A stretch of DNA of 64,000 nt from Macrostomum lignano (taxonomy: Eukaryota): the NCBI GenBank assembly GCA_002269645.1, contig NIVC01002184.1, positions 1-64,000 on the forward strand, written 5' to 3'. Within the stretch, counting starts at the first letter, position 1. Every line of letters starts with the position of its first letter. Positions 37,728 to 49,664 of this stretch are shown piece by piece. Position numbers and translations under genes: made by a program. The notes beneath the pieces were generated by a model that was not told the origin of the DNA, did not search any database, and saw only the letters and a list, made by a program, of their open reading frames with translations.

Positions 37728-38632
37728 ATGATTTAGCCTCGTATGTGAATTTAACCTGAGGCATTACATGTTTTTCTTTACTATAAAGAGCCTCGTTTTA
37801 AATACCGAATTTAAAATCTTTAGCGCGAGTTTGAATGCGAGTTTGAATTGCACGAAAATTTATAATATATATGTACACGATTTAATTTAATCATGCAGTA
37901 GGCCTAAAAGGTAAAAAGACAATCTTTTAAATGCATGTCTGCGGATTCTGTGAACTATGCGTGAGGATTATGGCATATCTATATCCTGATATCTGCTCGA
38001 ATTCATCTTATCTGTCGTCCGGTCGGCCCCGATATCCTGAACTTTATCGCAATGCTTCAGAAACTTTTCTTACTAAATTCTGTACCAATGCCATTAAAGT
38101 GATTTTTAACGTGTGAACAAGCAATTCGAAAATGCTTTCTTTTTGCAAACTGCCGTTGTCAACTCGTTTTTGGCCTGCTTTACCCTGGATCTGCAGAGGG
38201 GTGATTTAGATTGTAGTTATAGTAGACAGAAGAAACATAGACAGACTGTATTTTGGCAAAAATGTATTTGCCTCCCTTATTTTTTCAGGTCTCTGACAAT
38301 GGCGATTTCCCATCCCCTTCTCCCCACCTCTTGGATATGCCTTGGCCCTGGTCACTGGTCTCAACTTTTAATGAATTTTCATTTTATTAGTTGAATATTT
38401 ATTATACAGAAAGGACAGTTTTTCAATTGCGTGCACAGCAGCTGCATCTTCAACTTATACAGTATGACATTTGTCATATACTGTTTGAATTATTGGAAAT
38501 TGATATTCGAATTAACAAAAACAGCTATAAACGGAGATTAGGGCCTATATTTCCCACTCCGGATCATGAAGTATACGCCCGAAAATTCGGGCGTGCATTG
38601 GCCTTGCACGCCAAAATTAGGCGTGCACAGTT

Positions 38633-38922
38633 GGCGTGCATCACTCCTGAGAAAAATGCGTGCACACCTGGCGTGCATCACTCCTGAGAAAATAGTATGC
38701 GTGCACACCTGGCGTGCATCACTCCTGAGAAAATAGTATGCGTGCACACCTGGCGTGCATCACTCCTGAGAAAATAGTATGCGTGCACACCTGGCGTGCA
38801 TCACTCCTGAGAAAATAGTATGCGTGCACACCTGGCGTGCATCACTCCTGAGAAAATAGTATGCGTGCACACCTGGCGTGCATCACTCCTGAGAAAATAG
38901 TATGCGTGCACACCTGGCGTGC
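38633..38922. repeat. 41-bp tandem repeat, ~7 copies
   Basis: Unit GCGTGCATCACTCCTGAGAAAATAGTATGCGTGCACACCTG. Related GGCGTGCA motifs occur at 38590-38640 and 41290-41370. Confidence 0.95.
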
Positions 38923-40280
38923 ACTTTATAGAATCACGCGTAAGAGTTATTGTAAAGTGATGGGTTCGGCCTTTTTAAGCCTATAGCTTCGGGCCTCAGA
39001 ACTCAGAAATGAATCACTTAGAACTCTGGCCTCTCACTCCTGTCAGATGGTCAGCCCCATGGTAGCTAGATTGTGGGCGAGCAGTCTAGGTCCTATAGCT
39101 AAGAGAAGACAGCGAGAGACAAGCAGGGAGAAGTTGAAAGGTAGATTTAGCTAATCTGCAGATTAACTAACCCGCTGCCACCAGTCCGTGCGCCCCGGCT
39201 CACCAAACCGGAGCTATCGAAATCGGACTTCCGACTAGAGGGGCACTGCATTTATCTGCCATATAGTGTCTTTTAGCTGTCTATCTCGAAGTCATAGCCG
39301 AATAGAAGGGACGCTGCTGGGACTAGGATCGCATTGGCCATGCAGGGACAGAGAGGACTTCTGCAGGGGGTTCTTGCGCTGGCGAGCCTCTATACACTAC
39401 TAAATGTAAATCTCATTACCAAATTCCCAGATGTACATGTATAAGTACACGCAACTGCACGCTTTTGGCACTAAATGTGTTAACACGTCGACAGATAGCG
39501 ATGATGTAGATGTATTGTTACTTTTGGAGACCTTCTGACTAATATTTACCTCGTTTTAGCCGCTTAGCTGCCTGAGACCGCGCGAAAGCGCCAGTCTGGC
39601 ACTTAATTCGCATGCTTATCATGATTTCTGAGAACGACTGATTGACTGGGAACTGCGCCGCTTCCGGTCCACTGTGACCTCTGCCCCTAGATCTAGCCAC
39701 TCATCTCAGCTGGCATTGCGAAAAAGAAAGAAAACATTAAGTCTTTAACTTCCAGATTTAACTTTCTCACTTAATCCGCAATCCTAGACATTTTAGATTG
39801 AGTTAGAGCGAATGGCTATTTTTAATATTAACTGACACTTCTGCCTCGAGTTCGACAGACAAAAGCAAGCAAGCAAAAGTGCAAATCCTATCAGACTACC
39901 TAGGAAGGGGTCAGACAAAGGGCGCACCCACTTAAGCAGGTCAAGGAAGCCTCTCACCAAACCAATCAGAGGACCTATCTGCCGGTAGCCAAGGAATCCA
40001 CAGAGACCGAAGCGCTCAGATGGGATGCTGCTGCTGATCTTAACTGACGAGTGCCGCCGCTACTCTTCACCTGCCGATTGCTGTTGCTGATCTTCGTTCA
40101 CGGCCGAGAAGTACTGGTGAAACCTCTCAAGGGGAACTTGGCTGTTGAAGGTGAAGCTGCCGGGGGAAGGGGGATCAGACGTCAAAGACGCTGCAGAAGC
40201 CGAAGGGGATCAGGTCGGCAGGACTGGCCAAGGCCAAGGTAAGAAAACGACCGTTTCTTCGAGCGCGGTTCGAGTTGCCA

Positions 40281-40414
40281 CCTTTTATAGCTTTCACGCG
40301 GCCGATTTGTTATAACGCACGTCGAATTTTCTGATTGGCTGAGAGCTTTTGTTAAAATAGGCGCCGAATTTTCTGATTGGTCGAGCTGAGGGCAGTCAGG
40401 TCGATTCTGATTGG
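40281..40414 (-). promoter_or_regulatory. Triple-CCAAT + TATA promoter-like module with no assigned gene
   Basis: CTGATTGG at 40331, 40373 and 40407 (CCAAT on -), and TATAAAAG on - at 40282-40289. Confidence 0.4.
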
Positions 40415-41954
40415 CCGAGCTCAAGACCCAAAAACCCACCCCACCAGGTGGCCTTCAGACCCCAGGGAAGATGACAGGTGCGGTCATAAATCTTGCGCAA
40501 AACATAATAAAAGTCGCTTGTCTAGACATCCTGGCGCCAAAAGTGACAGCAAAACACCCATAAATTAAAAGAGAAAGTAACAGAGCGAGTGGGGAGATAG
40601 CTGGAAAGACCTCTTTGACCCAGACAGGCTGGAGCCAAAAGTGACAGCTAGACCGCCATAAATCACTGAAAACAGTGAAAAAGCCGCAAATCTGGGGGTC
40701 AGAATGGGGTTGAAACCATTCCTCCCAGACTTAGCGCACCCATCTAGACTGCTAGAGGTCAATCTGTCTCAAACCCAGACAGTCTGACCTTCAAAGATGC
40801 GTAAACAATCCAAAATTAGAATCCTAAGAGAAGTACATTGAGTATTTATCATAATTAATAGTGTGATGGCATAAATTAGTGAAGAACTTAGCCTGGATGA
40901 GAGAATGGAGAGAGATTCCTAAGCTAGCCTACTGACAGTAGGGGAAAGGCGCATCGAAGCGAAATGTGCGGTTTTAAGATTGCAAAAAGATGCGTCCTCA
41001 TCAGAAGTAGAAAAAAGATGAAAAAAGTTTATTCAAGGACTTCTAGACTAGCTAGTCTAGAAGTCCTTGAGTTTATTTTTAAGCGCAAATTTCAAGCTTT
41101 CCGGTCTTTTGAAGCTCGTAAAAGATAATTTAAACAAATCTTTGCGTGTATAATTTTTTCGCTGTAAATAGTATTACCAAAAAAGCATAAAAAGCAACCA
41201 AACTACCTGGTAATAAGGGTCTATTACGCAATTTAAAAAAGGTATTTTATTTTCACAACGTAAAAAAAGGTCATTTATTGTCGCAACACCGGCGTATTTT
41301 TAAGAATGGGCATGCAATTCATTGTTTTCGGCGTGCATTCGTAATTATTCAATTTTTTTCGGGCGTGCACCCAGCATAATATTATATATAGGATAAAACA
41401 AGTAATGAAGTCATAAATGATTAAATCAGTTCTGTAAGTAGCAACATGCAGATTTGAGAGAAAGGGTCCAGTTTGATATTTGCTATATTGCCCATCTGAG
41501 CACTGGCTACCATGCATGTAATTAAAAGACTAGGTAGATGGCTACTCTGCACACAATTAAAATACTAGGTGGCTGGGTTTTTTTTCGCCAGAGACAAGGT
41601 GCGAAATCACACCTTGTGCCAAATTTCAAGTTGCGATTTTAAGGCTCAGAGTGCAATTTCTCTTGAGTCTTGTTTCAGACAACTGGGAATATATATTTTA
41701 ATATCTTACATAAGGCTATAGCCATAGGCTATATCGCCTAATATGACTTAATAGGATTTAAAGAGTTATTTTGTTTCATATTTTAAGGCAGTGCATGAAA
41801 AATAGCTTAAGCATGGTTAAGCCTTTAAAGAAAAATGGTTATAAGACTGCACCTAAACTGCACCTACTTTTTTAATTTTAGGGTGCAATTTTAAAATTTA
41901 GGGTGCATATGCACACTCTGCGCACAAAAAACCCTGCCAAGCCTTATGGACGAA

Positions 41955-42170
41955 GACACCACCAACCCAATTTGTGGAATCAGGGATAGTGCCAAGACCA
42001 AGTCCACCCAAGCTACCACCCAGCAGACAAGTCTTAGGAGTGCGCAAAAAAATTGGAAAATGTTTGGGTTACTACTAAAAAGTGGTCCAAGAGTGGAAAG
42101 ACCCCGAAGTCTATAGAAATGGCTTAATTTTGGAGTGAGTCTGAAAGGCTTGTTTCTAAGGGCAAGTCTC
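41955..42170 (+). repeat. Dispersed repeat; second copy at ~52620-52835
   Basis: Both copies share CCACCCAGCAGACAAGTC..GGAGTGCGC and GAAATGGCTTAATTTTGGAG.GAGTCTG.AAGGCTTGTTTC in the same orientation. Confidence 0.8.
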
Positions 42171-42212
42171 CTATCAGGCTACCAGAAAACCTATAGGGCT
42201 GCAAGCCACAAG

Positions 42213-42607
42213 TAGAGGTCGGACGGGATCCCGATCCCGATCCCAAAATCTCGGGATCCCGAAGAAAATTGAATTCCCGCGGGACGAGAATCCCGACCCT
42301 AAAAAACTCGAGATTCGGGAACAGGTCTTTTGATTAAATAATTTATAGAATTAGTGATTACTTGAAGGTATTTTGCTTTAACTTGTACTCGTTACATTAT
42401 TTACTTTGTTGGTTACAAAACTTTATATCAATTTCGTTGTGTTTTACTTCTTGATCTTGACAATCTTTTCTCAATTTTGTTTAACTTTACATGGACAATA
42501 CACTAAAAGACCTGATCCCGATTCCCGAAATCCCGATCCCGATCCCAAGAAAAAAATTATTCCCGATCCCGATCCCGCCCGAAGATTTCAATCCCATCCG
42601 ACCTCTA
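42213..42607. mobile_element. hAT-type MITE
   Basis: TIR TAGAGGTCGGA(C/T)GGGAT at both ends, (GATCCC)n subterminal repeats, and a perfect 8-bp TSD GCCACAAG at 42205-42212 and 42608-42615. Confidence 0.92.
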
Positions 42608-43289
42608 GCCACAAGGGTGTCACCTATCTAGCTCTATATTAGAGGCTAGACCAAGGGGTCAGGAAGGGGCACAAGGAGCAAAAAGACTTGGACTTGGCCA
42701 GTATCCTTGATTCAAGATAAACATCAATCCTAGGACTCAAATCCACTATCAGGATGAGAGCCAAGGCACTAGGGCAAGGAGACAGCCAGAAGAGCTAGCA
42801 GGTAGACCAAGGAGAGCAAGATAGACTAGGCAGGGAAGGCAGAGCTCGAAATTCCAATGTTGGAATAGCAAACTAGGCCTAATGGCCAGCTAAAAACACA
42901 AAGGACTAAAACTAAGATGCCAGCCCAGATAAAAACACAGATATGTTTTTAAACAGATGTTGACAAATGTTTTGGTGACAAATAGTCATTTTGGTAACAA
43001 GTTGCTTTTATTACAGACACACTTCATTTTTGACAAAAAAATAAGAATTTATAAGTATACTCATTTGGGTGATAAGATGTGCTTCAGAATATTAGCTTGT
43101 AGCTTTTTTGTTAAGATTTATGTTTTGTTCAAATTTGAATTTTTTTGTCAAATACTGTATTTATCCATGGAAATCCATGGAAAATGAATGTACTAAAGAA
43201 ACTAGAAATGTGAAAAATCACCTCAACATACACAGAGAAAGAGAACTTAGTCAAAAGCTAGAGAATCAGCAACATATTAAATTCTACAA

Positions 43290-43530
43290 AAATGGCTATT
43301 TCTATAAAAAAAATCTGCAGGCCTAACCTTTCAGATTACTTTCCATGCATATTTAGAAACAAAAAATTCCTAACAACCCTCCTAAAACTAAAATGTGAGA
43401 TTACATCTAACATATTTTCTCAAGAAGTATGTAGACTATGTGGAGCGAGAAATGGTTCCAATATCCTATACTACTTGACCAAATGTCCACAAACTCAAAG
43501 GATTTGGATTAGAAAACATATAAATTAAAA
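43290..43530 (+). mobile_element. Possible AT-rich LINE 3'-end remnant
   Basis: LTTLLKLKCE...VCRLCGARN..NILYYLTKCP resembles a C-terminal CxxC...C knuckle of non-LTR ORF2; the His is replaced. Confidence 0.3.
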
Positions 43531-44680
43531 AAAGTGCAATTCTGTAAGTATAAATAAACAAAATTAAATAAATCAATACTTAACCATTGCCAAAATTATT
43601 GAAAAGAGGTTAAGGTTCAATATCCTTTAAGATTTTCAAGGTAATTTTCTGTTAAAAATAAAATGGCAATATTAGAAAAAGGTATTTCTCTTGTCACTGA
43701 AATGACTTTTGCTTATCACCAAAATGACTATCACCAAAATGTCTTGTCACTGAAATGACTGTAATCCGCTCATCTTATTAGATCTAGACTAGACTATGCC
43801 CTAGCCTATCTATAGGCCTAGCTTAGCCTAATTTAAAAACTTTTAAAAAATTTAATGTTTTAATTGAGCAAATAAAATTGAAAAAAACTTAATCAATGAT
43901 TATCATTTGATAGATCTATCATAAATGAAAAAAAACATATATATTTTTTTCAAAAATAAGGGTAGAAATCTAAATAATAAATAAATTAAAAAAAACTAGG
44001 CCTAGTGTTCCGCCATAGCTATGGCTATGGCTAGGAGATCCTAGACCTATGGCAAATATAGTAAAATAGGTGCCTATGGCAATTATAGATATGCTTATAG
44101 TAGATAGTTGCTCTTATGGCTACAACTATAGAAATATGGTAGTTGGTATCATATTCCATAGATTCCCATAGCTAGTAGCCATAGTTATTAATTAAAAAAA
44201 ATTTTTTACCTAGAAACATGTAGAGTAAAACATAGATACTTAGGTTAACTGTATTATAGACTTAGAAACTTATTATAGATTATATCTAATAAAGTACAAT
44301 AAAGCATTAGCAAACTAACTTTTATTACTGTGAAAAAGTTTAGCATTAGTACTATCAGTAGTGATTAAGTATTGTTGTTCTTTGTAAAAAGATAAAATAT
44401 AATCTTACAAAGGAAATCAAGTGTTTGTTTTATTTTCTACCTTATGTGCAGTTGTTTAAGCACTAGGTTATCCTCCTGATTCAAAATATTTTGTTTCTTA
44501 GACTTTTTGTTAAAACTATGGCTATGGCTATGGGAACCATGGGAATATGATAATATTAAGGTCCTTATGGCTATGGAATATAGAGAATTAAAATCTAGAG
44601 AATTAGAGAATATAGAGAATTAAAGTGCCTCTTTTGTGCATCTTGCTCACCTTATATGCTATGGTGCTTCTCGAAGGTAA

Positions 44681-47600
44681 TCTTATATACTAAATCTCTA
44701 ATCTATGTCTGTCTGTCTGTCCGTGTAAAATGCTCTACACATTGCAATTCTTGACCAATTTCGATCGCGTTTTCACCAAAAAGTTGCAACTCAACCAAGG
44801 ATTGTATGGTTAACATTTCTTTTATCTGCTTCACTTCTAAAGGTCTTAAATATTCAAAAAACTGTATTTTCCCTATCTAATTAGTGTATTTTTGTCGCAG
44901 TGAGAGCTCGAAAAATAATAATACGTCTATGGCCATAGACTAAACTTTAACTTCTTGAGCTGATGCTACGAGCTATAAATAATTAAATTATTCGCAAGCT
45001 TCAGAGTATGCACGTGGGAGATAAAAATATATTAAATTAATTTTTATTTATTTTTAGCTTGTGCCTGGACTAATCGAACATTTTTTGATTAAAAGCAACT
45101 ACTAGCAATTTAAGCCCCCCGTTGGGGGACGCAAGAATGACGCCAAGTGGTTTTTATTTTGGCCAATGAGTAATAACCTTACTTATTATTCAAAATCCAT
45201 TAATCAAAACTTACTTTTTCTCATTTTTGGCAAAAATAAATTGCCATGAATCAAAACCTTCACCAGCCAAAGGCTAACTGGGAGGAATTGCTGAGATGTC
45301 AAGGCTTACTGGGGGAATTACTGAGATGTCAAGGCTTACTGAGGAAATTACTGAGATGTGAAGGCTTACTTGGGGGAATTGCTGCGATGTCGAGGCTTAC
45401 TGGGGAAATTTCTGAGACTTCAAGGCTTACTGGGGGAATTTCTGAGATTTCAAGGCTTACTCAGGAAATTGCTGAGATTTCAAGGCTTTCTTGGATGAAT
45501 TGCTGAGTTGTCAAGGCCTACTGGGGAAATTGCTGAGTTGTCAAGGCCTACTTGGGGAATTGCTGAGTTGTCAAGGCCTACTGGGAGAATTGCTGAGACT
45601 TCAAGGCTTACTGGGGGAATTTCTGAGATTTCAAGGCTTACTGGGGGAATTGCTGAGACTTCAAGGCTTACTGGGGGAATTTCTGAGATTTCAAGGTTTA
45701 CTGGGGGAATTGCTGAGTTGTCAAGGCTTACTGGGGGAATTGCTGAGATGTGAAGGCTTACTTGGGGGAATTGCTGAGTTGTCAAGGCCTACTGGGGGAA
45801 TTGTGAGAAGTCAAGACTTACTGTAGGAATTACTGAGATTCGAGACTTACTGGGGAATTACTGAGATTTCAAGGCTTACTGGGGGGGATTGCTGAGTTGT
45901 CAAGGCTTACTGGGGGAATTGCTGAGACTTCAAGGCTTACTGGGGGAATTTCTGAGATTTCAAGGCTTACTCAGGAAATTGCTGAGATTTCAAGGCTTTC
46001 TTGGATGAATTGCTGAGTCGTCAAGGCTTACTATGGGAATTGCTGCAATCTCAAGGCTTACTGGACTGGGAGAATTGCGTAGATGCCAAGGCTCGAGTTT
46101 AATTGCTGCAATGTCAAGGCTTACTGGGGGGATTTCTGAGATGTCAAGGCTTAATGGGGTAATTGCTGCGATGTCGAGGCTTACTGGGGAAATTTCTGAG
46201 ACTTCAAGGTTTACTGGGGGAATTGCTGAGTTGTCAAGGCTTACTGGGGGAATTGCTTAGACTTCAAGGCTTACTGGGGGAATTTCTGAGATTTCAAGGT
46301 TTACTGGGGGAATTGCTGAGTTGTCAAGGCCTACTGGGGGAATTGTGAGAAGTCAAGACTTACTGGAGGAATTACTGAGATTCGAGACTTACTGGGGAAT
46401 TACTGAGACTTCAAGGCTTACTGGGGGGAATTGCTGAGTTGTCAAGGCTTACTGGGGGAATTGCTTAGACTTCAAGGCTTACTGGGGGAATTTCTGAGAT
46501 TTCAAGGTTTACTGGGGGAATTGCTGAGTTGTCAAGGCCTACTGGGGGAATTGTGAGAAGTCAAGACTTACTGGAGGAATTACTGAGATTCGAGACTTAC
46601 TGGGGAATTACTGAGACTTCAAGGCTTACTGGGGGGAATTGCTGAGTTGTCAAGGCTTACTGGGGGAATTGCTGAGACTTCAAGGCTTACTGGGGGAATT
46701 TCTGAGATTTCAAGGCTTACTCAGGAAATTGCTGAGATTTCAAGGCTTTCTTGGATGAATTGCTGAGTTGTCAAGGCTTACTGGGGGAATTGCTGCAATC
46801 TCAAGGCTTACTGGACTGGGAGAATTGCGTAGATGCCAAGGCTCGAGTTTAATTGCTGCAATGTCAAGGCTTACTGGGGGGATTTCTGAGATGTCAAGGC
46901 TTAATGGGGTAATTGCTGCGATGTCGAGGCTTACTGGGGAAATTTCTGAGACTTCAAGGTTTACTGGGGGAATTGCTGAGTTGTCAAGGCTTACTGGGGG
47001 AATTGCTTAGACTTCAAGGCTTACTGGGGGAATTTCTGAGATTTCAAGGTTTACTGGGGGAATTGCTGAGTTGTCAAGGCCTACTGGGGGAATTGTGAGA
47101 AGTCAAGACTTACTGGAGGAATTACTGAGATTCGAGACTTACTGGGGAATTACTGAGACTTCAAGGCTTACTGGGGGAATTGCTAAGATTTCAAGGCTTT
47201 CTTGGATGAATTGCTGAGATGTCAAGGCTTACTGGGGAAATTGCTTAGACTTCAAGACTTACTGGAAGAATAACTGAGATTCGAGACTTACTGGGGAGTA
47301 ACTGAGATTCCAAGGCTTACTGGGGGGAATTGCTGAGATGTCAAGGCTTACTGGGGGAATTGCTGAATTGTCAAGGTTTACTGGGGGGAATTGCTGAATT
47401 GTCAAGGCTTACTGAGAGGAATTGCTGAGATGTCAAGGCTTACTGGGGAAATTATTGAGATGTTATCAAGGCTTATGGCATATTGAGCTCCTGCTGCGGA
47501 CCAGAATATGCCTAGGCCAATGACGATATGCCCTAAGAGTTTGTGCTTGAAAGGATAAGTACTATTTGCTGAATGAGAAAGGGTTTTGGGCTGATGAAGG

Positions 47601-47770
47601 AAACTTTGGCTGGTGAAGGTTTTGATTCATGGCAATTTATTTTTGCCAAAATTTGAAAAAGTAAGTTTTGATTGGATTTTGAATAATAAGTAAGGTTATT
47701 ACTCATTGGCCAAAATAAAAACCACTTGGCGTCATTTTTGCGCCCCCCAACGGGGGGCTTAAATTGCTAG
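44681..47770 (+). mobile_element. Non-autonomous Helitron-like element carrying a 30-bp satellite
   Basis: 5' end A|TCTTATATACTAAA with (GTCT)n. 3' end GCCCCCC-AAC-GGGGGGC hairpin + 8 nt + CTAG|T at 47742-47771. Confidence 0.65.
45273..47470. repeat. 30-bp satellite (~70 units) with a 750-bp internal duplication
   Basis: Unit TCAAGGCTTACTGGGGGAATT(G/T)CTGAGA(T/C)T. The identical ORF-track translations at 46163 and 46913 are offset by 750 bp. Confidence 0.95.
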
Positions 47771-49069
47771 TCCTCCTCCTCCTCTCTCCTAATACTAAAG
47801 TTGGTGCGATGATTGTTTGTTTGTTTGTCTGTTTGTTTGTGTGTTGCATAACTCCTCCTAGAATACTTGCAAGTCAGCGTTGAAACTTATATGGGGAAAC
47901 TGCAAATTTTCCGGGGACTGCAGTGGGCTATTTCAATTTTTTATTTTCACATTTTAAGATCCCTAAAAAAGCAGAAAACTGATTTCCTAACCTTCTCTGG
48001 ACACTTTTTCTGCTCGGAGCCGAAAATTTGCATGATTTTGAGCGATTGCGCCACAACTTTCTCCTATCTCTGTAGTGTATTTTCTCGCCAGTGGGGGTTG
48101 GTCGCGTTCTCAGTGGCAGCGTGTGTACAAGCGGACCCCGGCTGAAAAATTGAACTGTGTGTATTTCGTGGGGTGGTGGGTAAGTAAGCGCAATTATATG
48201 GCTATTGTGCTGAGATTCAATTGGTTTTATTATCAGCGCCTTTCAATTGACTGCCCTGTGCATTGGTTAGACAGTGAAATTCAATGAATAAACTTGCGGG
48301 CCTCTTTAGCAGGCAGTGAACGTATGAACGTACACTCAATATTGCAATGCTATAAATCGGCAAATTTCAAACTCAGACTGTTGCTGGAGTTTTTAACTTT
48401 GAGAGGAGAGACTTATATTGCTGGAAAGAACTTGCAACGCTGAGTTCGGGGATATAAATTGTTTGCTTTAAATATGAAAACTAAATGCTCTGCATTGGAA
48501 AAACTATTTCCATACTTTTAACTTATTGCAAAGATTGTACTCATTTTAGGAGTTCAATGGTGTTCGACTGACCCCCAACAGTTGGGGGGGGGGTTCAATT
48601 TCTAATTGCCACTGCGTATTGGAAGGGGGTCGGTCGCTGTGTATTGGATGGAGGGTTGATTTAGATTGCGCAATATTTTTGTTAACTTTAACTGAGACTG
48701 ATACTGACTGACTTAGAAATACGAGCGTAAATTGCGCAATCTTTTGATTCAATTATCTCATTTTTTATCGGACCTTTTCAACACGCAGCTCTGTGCAGCT
48801 CCAACCCTAACCCTAACCCTAACCACTGAATCCTGAGAGTTTAGTTGTTTGACGGAGAAACTTTCGATTGAGTCCAGTTTCACGGAGAGGATTTCTGTTT
48901 CGCGGAGAGGATTTCGATCGTGTTCAGTTTCACAGAGAGGATTTTGATGGATTTGGAGAACAGTTAGATAATGGGATTCGGGTCTTGGGATTCAGCTGAT
49001 GGAGTTCAGGGAATGGAATTCCGGTGATGGGAGTTCTTCCCCTTTCTCCTCCATCGGAGGAGTTGGCCT
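47771..49069 (+). mobile_element. Second Helitron-like element, abutting the first
   Basis: Starts TC...TAATACTAAA with (GTTT)n and ends near hairpin CTCCTCC-ATC-GGAGGAG (49047-49063). The terminal CTAG appears to be lost at the junction with the next unit. Confidence 0.5.
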
Positions 49070-49664
49070 CGTATATACTAAAAATGAGTTGTCTGTGGGT
49101 ATGCAATAGATTTTAGAAAAAATGGCTCAACCAATTTTCTTCAAACTTGCACCATTTGATCAGAAATTTTCCTGGCACGGTACATGCATCCTGGCTAAGA
49201 AATTGCTCAATGTTAAAGGGATTAAATATTCGAAAAACATGCTTTTTTGTAAAGGTCAAGCCAAATTTTCGACTTGAAATGCATTGTAAGAATGCTAGAA
49301 AAAAAACTGACTGACTGAATTCCGATTGTGCTAAAGATTGCATCACAACAAGTTGAAAACAGTGTCAAAGCAATGCACACACGACTTGAATGAAATTGCG
49401 TAACCATATTGCCAACTTAAATTGAGACTGTTTCTGGCTGACTGAGAAATTGATTATGTCATAACTTTTTACTCCAATTGACTTGCTGTAAGAATTGAAT
49501 TATAAGGGCCACAATTCATGTTCTCCAATTGAAAAAAGATAGCCCTGATGCGAACAGACTGGAATGCTAATGTAGCGACCTGGGTTCGAATCTTAGTAGT
49601 GCAAAAAAGATTTTTTATTAAAACACCTTTAAAACACAAAACTGCTAAACATGTTGAACATTAA

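Noticed and set aside
38633-38922. CRISPR-like 41-bp repeat
   Set aside because: Head-to-tail identical units without spacers.
41572-41937. hAT-like MITE with C(A/T)GGGTTTTT ends
   Set aside because: The termini match only loosely and there is no TSD.
45246-47098. LRR-like Leu-periodic ORFs (GELLRxQGLL)
   Set aside because: An artefact of the 30-bp satellite; frames are broken by frequent indels.
48803-48824. (CCCTAA)3-4 telomeric motif
   Set aside because: Too short, and it lies inside a Helitron-like unit; not evidence of a fusion or chromosome end.
49540-49600. tRNA gene candidate (GGGTTCGAATC)
   Set aside because: Only a B-box-like word, with no cloverleaf or A box; at most a SINE fragment.
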